Shown piece after piece: positions 56,254 to 64,000 of a stretch of 64,000 nt of DNA. Position numbers and translations under genes: made by a program. This DNA comes from Eledone cirrhosa (taxonomy: Eukaryota): NCBI GenBank assembly GCA_964016885.1, contig OZ024751.1, forward strand, positions 3,534,001 to 3,598,000, written 5' to 3'. The first letter of the stretch is position 1; each line of letters begins with the position of its first letter. The notes beneath the pieces were generated by a model. The model was not told where the DNA came from. It saw only the letters and a list, made by a program, of their open reading frames with translations, and ran no database searches.

Positions 56254-57246
56254 AGTGGTAGAACACTGGAAGGTAATATCCGTAGTGTTAGAGCATTCAG
56301 TCCATGGGACGAGTTAGGTGGAAGTGGTTACACAACATTTAGTTCACTATATCGAGAACAATTGTTTCACATTAGCGGATCCTCAGCTCGTAATGGACAT
56401 GGTTATACGAAACAGGAAGGACAACCGCAGAAACGATCACTTCACAGGCAATACGTGAAGAATTCATTTCTCTTGTTTAGCGCAGGACTAGGATACTCCT
56501 GCGCTAAGAACGTGAAGGCCCACATCACCAACAGCCCTAAGAGCATCACCCCACCAGGGTGCTCTTTCCGTAAGCCCGAAGCTTGTCCCCTTCAACAGCA
56601 ATGCAACACACCCGCTGTAGTTTATGAAGCTGTGGTCACTTCCAACCGACCAAATCAGCCACAGGAGGTCAAATCCTATGTGGGTATGGCGGAGGACCGA
56701 TTTAAGGAACGCTTCCTGAACCACCAGTCGACCTTTAGGTACCCGGACAGACGTTCATCCACGAAACTCGCAAGCCACGTATGGTCCCTCAAGGACTCAA
56801 GTATAGACTACTCCATTCAATGGAAAGCCATCACTAAGTCCAAGCCATACGCAAGGGGAAATCCGTCGTGTGAACTATGTATTGATGAACGAATAAATCT
56901 TCTAAAGAGATTATGCAATGGCGATTGCCTAAACACGAGCTATGAATTATTCACACGTTGTACACACGTCTCGAAACAGCTCTTCTCTTACATAACTACA
57001 AAGCTGCGGATTGAATTGCAACAACATCCTAATTTTCTTATCAATTGGAAACTTTTCGGATTCGCAGTTATCTCCCTTACACCTCTCGCACTCATTTTAG
57101 TATTGCCTGTGAAGTGATCGTTTTTGCGCATGCGCATTTGCACGGTTGTCATTCCTGTTCCGTATAACCATGTCCATTACGAGCTGAGGATCCGCTAAGG
57201 TGAAACAATTGTTCTCGGTATTGTGAACTAACTGTTGTGTAACCAC

Positions 57247-57249
<3 letters not shown>
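56254..57249 (+). mobile_element. 5'-truncated PLE (GIY-YIG) with inverted pLTRs; HHRs at 57180-57217 plus and ~56352-56390 minus
   Basis: CPL..C, VVYEA...YVG, CELC, RCTH; 56322-56430 is the reverse complement of 57140-57249. Confidence 0.88.
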
Positions 57250-57289
<40 letters not shown>

Positions 57290-57294
<5 letters not shown>

Positions 57295-60200
57295 TTGCGA
57301 GGTTTTTGATATGAAATCGTGTGTCGAAACAAATATTGTTATATTTGTGTAATATTGCCAGAATTAATAACAGAACACACTCATTGTTTGGTTGGTTTTC
57401 GCTTTTCGCTTCTGTGTCTTTTATATCGGTTAATTTAATTTATTCGGTCCTCAATGTTGCCATTGACTGACCAATCGATCAAAAATACAGATACAATATA
57501 GACACAAACATATATATAGTTTATCAAAGTTCTTTCGTTGCACATCTGCAACATCGTCAGTGGTGCTATTGTTTCCTCCCGTTGCATTGTATTTTCTACG
57601 CCATCTTCATTTAGTCTGTTTATATATTTATTTCTTTTTTTATTTTTTATTTTTTTCTTCTTTGCGCATGCGTTTGCGTGTGTGTATAGTGTTTTGTTTG
57701 ATGTGTGTTCGTGATTGGGTGACTGTGTATTGGTTAATGTATTCTATCTTTACTAGTGTGTGTTTATATGTTTGTTGTTATTGTGCTTGTGTATGTATTT
57801 ATTTATTTATCTATTTATTTATTTATTTATACTTCTCTTAGTTCAGTGTTGTTTGTTTGGGTGTTGTTGTTATTCCATTCATTTTTTCTGTTTAGCCTTG
57901 GCCTTCTAAGGTCTATTACACTTGCCTCTCTGATTTTCCTATCTGCTGGGTCATTTCTATGTTTAGATTTATTCTAATTTCTATGTTGTCTTTGTTACCG
58001 TCGTGTTGTTGTCTGGCATGTTCGTATAGTACTGAACCGTTTTTTCGTCCTTTTAGTTCCCCCCAGTGTTGGTCTATCCTTTCACCTATGCTACGAGCTG
58101 TCTCGCCTATGTATGTTGTTGTCATGTTTCTGCAAGTACCCTCTGTACATCTTATGCTATAGACTACGTTTCTAGTTTTACAGTTTATCCGGGGGTTTAC
58201 CTTACATATGATACATTTCCTATTAGTACAGTGGGTTTTCTTAAAAGGGTAGGTTTTGCTGATCAGGGATTTTATGGTGGTTCCTGGCTTTTCTACCACC
58301 TTAATTTTAAGTGGGTCTTTCTCAGGGCCTTTCTACACTGGTTAGCTAATTTCCCTCCAGGGGTAGCCTCCACAAACATGACACTCTGGTATCTCTGGTT
58401 GTCGTACCATGAGCTGGCTTTCCCTATCTTATGTCTAGCCCTATCTAAGATATTCCATGATTTGCTCCTGTATAATGGGCAAATTCTTTTCATGTCCAGT
58501 TCTATGAGGGTCTTATACTTCTCCGTGGCTCCTTCGTATGCTCTATAACACTAACAACAACAATAACGGTGGGGAAAACAACAACAATACATCTAACAAT
58601 CACAGCAACAATACATCTAGCAATCATAACAACAATACATCTAACAATCACAGCAACAATACATCTAGCAATCATAACAATAATAATAAGGCTAATGATA
58701 GGAACAACAACAACCACCATAATAACAATAATAGCAACACACACAACTATGACGATAGATATAATGACAACCCCTTAGAAAAACTATTCTTCAACCCATC
58801 TGACAAAACATATAAGATGGGTAATATCTATCCTACGAGGTTACCCTTTAATAAAAGAGTTTGCATACCTCAACAAATAGATGACGAGACAGAGGCACAG
58901 TTCACCATAGCTAGAAATAAGATTAGACAAATAGTAGACCGGTATACTAAGAGACAGAGCAGACCAGATGTCCAACAACTTGGGAGGAAACCTGTAGAAG
59001 GCTTGGTTAGCCTGAAGCAGCGCACAAAGGATGGTGAGGTAGTATGTCTACCCACGGATAAGTCTGGTAGGATGTCAATAGACAGCATGCCGAACTACAT
59101 CAAGGCTATGGAACCCCACATCACCAACACGAGCGAAATTGCACAAGCAAGTACATGATGGGAGAGAGAAAATCCTCAACGCTCACATGATGATGTTGAC
59201 CGACATCCTAAAACCAAGCAGACGCACTGCCAACAACTTCCAGGCGTCTAACAATGGCATACCACCCTTGTATGGGCTCTGCAAAGACCACAAGACAGAC
59301 GACGACCCGACAACAGGACCACCAACAAGACTCGTATGCGGAGCAGATATAACTAGCAACTACAGGATCTCCTACTTCCTCTCAATGGTTATACGCCCCA
59401 TAATCAAGATGTCCCCAGATGTATGTGACAGTACAGAGGACCTCCTCAGCAGAATCAGTGAGTGCAACAAAAACAGGAACCTACCCTACTGCATAATAGG
59501 CAGCATGGATGTGGTATCACTGTACCCATCCATTAACATTGATTTTGTTGTGGCAAAATGTGTGGAGATGATCATTGAGAGTGAGGTGGAGTTCTGCGAC
59601 GTCGACACAGACGAACTGGGCCTCCTACTTAGACTTATCTACGTCACTGACTACCTAGACAGCCATGACCTTAGACGTTTCTGCCCCAGTAGACCCATAA
59701 GAGGTAGACCCCCCACCATAACCTCAATGGCTAAAAAGACTCCCATGGGAAGGTGGATTGGGTGGACCAAAGCTATACGGACCCCCCAAAACAATGATCA
59801 GGTAAGAAAAATGGTCGCACATGCAATAGGGGCTAGTATCAAAACTACCCTAAAGGGCCACTTATTCAAGTTCAACGAAAAGATCTACACCCAAAATGAG
59901 GGAGCAGCCATTGGCATCAGCATAACTGGTGACGTTGCCAACCTTTTTATGGTATGGTGGGAAAGGAGACTTAAAGATCTCCTTAATGAGAGCTCCATAG
60001 ACCTCATCATGTACTCTCGTTACGTAGACGATATCAATATAGTTATAAGAACATCCCCACAAGAGAGCACTAAAAAGTTTGATTTAGAACGTAGCACAAT
60101 GGAAAGCATCCAGCAGATAGCTAATTCCATACACCAGAGTATAACTGTAACTATCGACTACCCTTCCAAACACCCGAACAATAGACTACCTCTATTAGAC

Positions 60201-61095
60201 GCGGAACTCTGGATTAACACTATAGACGAGAGAGCCCAAATTCTCCACTCACACTATGCTAAACCCATGGCCTCCAAATACCTGATACTCAAAAACTCAG
60301 TAATGTCCAGTAGTGCTAAATTTAATTTTCTGATCGCAGACTTGGTACGAGTGATGAAGAACGTGTCCCGCATGTGCGACCCAACAGAAATGGAAAGACA
60401 CATCCAACACTTCATCAACCGCATGCAGTTCTCTGGCTACAACCAAAGAGACAGAATCAGTGTATACGAAGGAGCCACGGAGAAGTATAAGACCCTCATA
60501 GAACTGGACATGAAAGGAATTTTCCCATTATACAGGAGCAAATCTTGGAATAGCTTAGATAGGGCTAGACATAAGATAGGGAAAGCCACCTCATGGTACG
60601 ACAACCAGAGATACCAGAGTGTCATGTTTGTGGAGGCTACCCCAGGAGGGAAATTAGCTAACCAGTGTAGAAAGGCCCTGAGAAAGACCCACTTAAAGAT
60701 TAAGGTGGTAGAAAAGTCAGGAACCACCATAAAATCCCTGATCAGCAAAACCTACCCTTTTAAGAAAACCCACTGTACTAATAGGAAATGTATCATATGT
60801 AAGGTAAACCCCGGGATAAACTGTAAAACTAGAAACGTAGTCTATAGCACCACTGACGATGTTGCAGATGTGCAACGAAAGAACTTTGATAAACTATATA
60901 TATGTGTTTGTGTCTATATTGTATCTGTAATGTTTACCGTTGGTTAGTCAATGGCAACATTGAAGACCGAATAAATTAAATTAACCGATATAAAAGACAC
61001 AGAAGCGAAAAGCGAAAACCAACCAAACAGTGAGTGTGTTCTGTTATTAATTCTGGCAATATTACACATATATGACCCTCCCCAAGTATAACTAT
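57290..61095 (+). mobile_element. Naiad-like PLE with a 1.2-kb inverted 3' copy
   Basis: PTDKSG, LYGLCKDHK, GSMDVVSLYPSI, long A-B insertion, GAAIG, RYVDD, CxxxxCxxC; 57290-58547 is the inverted 3' end carrying the GIY-YIG (VVY...YIGET). Confidence 0.9.
59139..60947 (+). pseudogene. Naiad-like RT ORF (frameshift from 58538-59158; endonuclease deleted)
   Basis: RT motifs as above; reading frame runs into the pLTR after VVYS. Confidence 0.85.
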
Positions 61096-61269
61096 ATATA
61101 TAGGTATTAAAGGTATTAAGGTGCAAATTAATTGCTTCCGTGGGTGGTATGCCGAGATGAGCACTCGATGTTCGTGGGGAGGAGAGTATCAATAATAATA
61201 GTATATAAGGAAACAAAGAATCAGTGTTACATCATATACATATCTAATTACCTATTACATACGTTTCAT

Positions 61270-61418
61270 TGTCGATCAGCTCGAGGGACGATCGATTAAT
61301 GATCGACCCTGACACTGGAATCGGAAGCTCCTTAGATATGTGTTAACATGTAGATGCGAGCTTCCGATTCCAGAGTCAGGATCGATCATTAATTGATCGT
61401 CCCTCGAGTTGATCGACA
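61270..61418. repeat. Imperfect ~60-bp-arm hairpin
   Basis: tgtcgatcagctcgagggacgatc...gatcgtccctcgagttgatcgaca. Confidence 0.85.
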
Positions 61419-61426
61419 GTAAATAA

Positions 61427-62790
61427 TATCATCATCATCATCATCATCCGGCGGTCTCAGCCGAAATGGACTCAACAATTGATCTCCACGTGGGTCTGTC
61501 GTTCATTGCCGTTGCCAAGTTCTGGATTTCAATACCAGAATCTCTGAAGATGACATCGATGTAGGAGAGCTTGTGCTGCCTGTTATTAGTGACTGCTTGA
61601 GGTTTCCAAAGCAGTAATGGGGACACAGCCTCACAGGTGGCACGATAACAGTGGCCAGCAAATCTTACTCTCATTTTACGTACAACGACAGATATGCGTT
61701 GGAGGCTGGCATATATCTCTCCAAACTCAATCCATCTTGTTGCGAGCTGACCATGCTTGGGCCTTTCTGGTGGCGAAATCCTTCTCAGATTCCATGATAC
61801 AGGACCCAAGATACTTGAAATCCTCGACTTGCTTGATATCACTGCCGTTGATTTATTTGATGCTGTTGCCTGTACAGCTTCATATGTACTCTGTTTTACC
61901 CTCTTTGAGATGAAGGCCAACGTGGGCTGCTGCTCCCTGGGGAGATGTCAAAAATTGTTGCACATTTTCTACGTAATCTGCAAGAAGTGCAATGTCATCC
62001 GCAAAGTCAAGGTCAGTGAGATGTTTAGAGGGGTGCCTAGAGCTCATGCGGGGTTTGATGGTTATACCCTTGTTATTGTCTTGTCAATTGAGAGTCTCAG
62101 AGCGTAGTCTATTGCAATGATAAAAAGGAATGGGACAAGAGTGTCACTCTGTAGCACTCCTGCTGTCAAAGGACTTTGTTGGGCCATCAGGGGTGAGGAT
62201 AGTGACATTTGTGTTGAGATACAGAGCCTTAATTGCTTCCAGAAGTCTTGCCATACAAGGGTAGAATTTCAAACAGAATGTCTCTGTTTATGCTGTCAAA
62301 AGCTTTTCTAAAGTCAACAAAAACTAAAGCCATTTCTCTGTTGGAGTTTCTCATCTCCTCCACTACTCTTCTCAAGGCCAAAATCTGTGTAAGTGTAGAT
62401 CTACCACGCCTAAAACTGTTTTGGTTGATGCGAAGGATTGGATCAACATACGGAACTATACGGTTGAGGATTAGCATGTTGTCGATCTTGGCAGCAATGG
62501 GCATAAGTGATATTCCTCGGTAGTTTGTGGAGAATGAGAGGTCACCGTTTTGGGGGACAGGAACTATGCCTGCTTTTAGCCAACTTGTTGGGGGAATTTT
62601 GTTGCTTAAGGTGTCGTCCCAGATTGATAATAGGACAGAAGTAAGGTTTGGGTCTTTCCAAATTATGCTGGGCGTGTTGCCGAGACCGTGTAATTTTTTG
62701 GCTTTTAAGTGTTTTGATCACCTGGTTGATTTCAATCAAGGTGAAAAGTCCAGTGGTAATTTTTTAAATTCTGCATTGATATTCCACCAC
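61427..62790 (-). mobile_element. 5'-truncated, decayed RTE-clade LINE with (TGA)n tail
   Basis: NQNSFRRGRST, FVDFRKAFDS, RFAGHCYR; (cat)n on plus at 61427-61447. Confidence 0.85.
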
Positions 62791-62899
62791 TCCAACAAAC
62801 TTTTAATTTTTAACGTTTCAGTCTTTTTAAATTCACGTACATTATAGTAATATAGATACAAGCTTTTCTTTCTTTCTTCTTCCTATATATACATATATA

Positions 62900-63290
62900 T
62901 ATAACCTAATAATTATTTAAATCTACCTAGCGTCTAAAAATAACGTTTTCTTTTCAGCCCTACGCCTCAACCTCATTTGCATATTCATCAAAATAATTTG
63001 AAATATTTGTTTTTTCCTCTCTTCCCCTTTTTCCTTTTACTATCCTGGTAAAAGTTGAACCGTGAAGGTCTCGTTCCTGGATATGTCAATATTTATAAAA
63101 CAAACTTTGTATTTTATCTGATGATGGCGTACCAAAGTTTTGGTACCCTTGAAATATATATAATAGAATAAATATGGTTTTATAAATATAGTATTCATTT
63201 ATTAATATCATTTATATTATGCTCCAGAAAACTTGTCGAGTGCTTCGAATCTGTTATAAATATACTTGTTGAATTACCAACAAATTAAAT
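62900..63290 (+). mobile_element. Solo pLTR with HHR at 63110-63170
   Basis: tattttat-CTGATGA-tggcgtacca aagttt tggtaccctt-GAAA-tatata-TA-atagaata. Confidence 0.78.
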
Positions 63291-63415
63291 ATCCCTTTCC
63301 TTATATATATGTATGTATATATATATATACATACACATATATATATGTATGCATGAATATATATATATGTATGTATATATATACATACACATATATATAT
63401 ATGTATGCATATGTA

Positions 63416-63499
<84 letters not shown>

Positions 63500-63554
63500 C
63501 ACATACATATATATATATATATATGTATGTGTATATATATATATATATATATAT

Positions 63555-64000
63555 ACAACTTCACATAAATACTATAAAATCTTTAACTCGCGCACCATTA
63601 GACTCTCATACTCCACTGCACCTAACATAGAACAACTAATTAGAAAACTCAACTCAGCAATACTGAATAAGTACATCCCTAATGACTCAGCGCACCTGCA
63701 TACCAACATACAACGCACTAACACGCAACCACAACCCCACCAAACAATCCAGGATTCTACTGCAAAACATAAAAATAGTTGTAACTGCACCAAACCAGGT
63801 ACGTGCCCACTGAATAACCAGTACCTAGCACGCAATATTGTCTACCGATGTACAATAAATTCCGGGACCAACAAATGGTATTACGTCGGATGTACCGCAA
63901 TTTCTTTCAAGGCTCGCCTATACCAACATCGATCTTCGATCAGGCACGAGAAAATGCGCTCCGTAACAACCCTCGCCGATAAAGCCTGGCAGCTTCGGAG
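63555..64000 (+). mobile_element. PLE GIY-YIG fragment running off the window
   Basis: LSYSTAPN...CNC..CPL..NIVYRC...WYYVGCT; similar to the 25310-27631 protein. Confidence 0.85.

Noticed and set aside
57916-60947. Selenoprotein-type Naiad
   Set aside because: No in-frame TGA replacing Cys in the readable frames and no SECIS recognised

Overview
AT-rich, microsatellite-dense animal genomic DNA. The SINE/MITE types and (TA)n density resemble octopus/cephalopod, which is an inference. Only one host coding exon is supported: a minus-strand PRD-class homeobox exon of the Alx/Cart1 type (2192-2538), so much of the window may be intron or upstream region of that gene. The rest is almost all transposable-element DNA: a full-length RTE LINE with an HDV-like ribozyme at its exact 5' end, a second truncated RTE, a Tc1 fragment, a decayed autonomous Helitron with a tandem mini-Helitron, and at least nine Penelope-like elements (PLEs) of three types, one with an intact 773-aa RT+GIY-YIG ORF. 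The main hidden signal is RNA-level. I count by eye about 27 type-I hammerhead ribozyme (HHR) motifs with canonical CUGANGA/GAAA cores. They sit in PLE pseudo-LTRs, in long fold-back palindromes inserted in (TA)n, and in a non-coding 466-bp tandem array (42340-44046) with one HHR per unit. A dispersed monomer of that array (35737-36173) shows compensatory base changes. This looks like a retrozyme (circRNA-forming, PLE-mobilised) system. All RNA structures were folded by eye and no searches were run.
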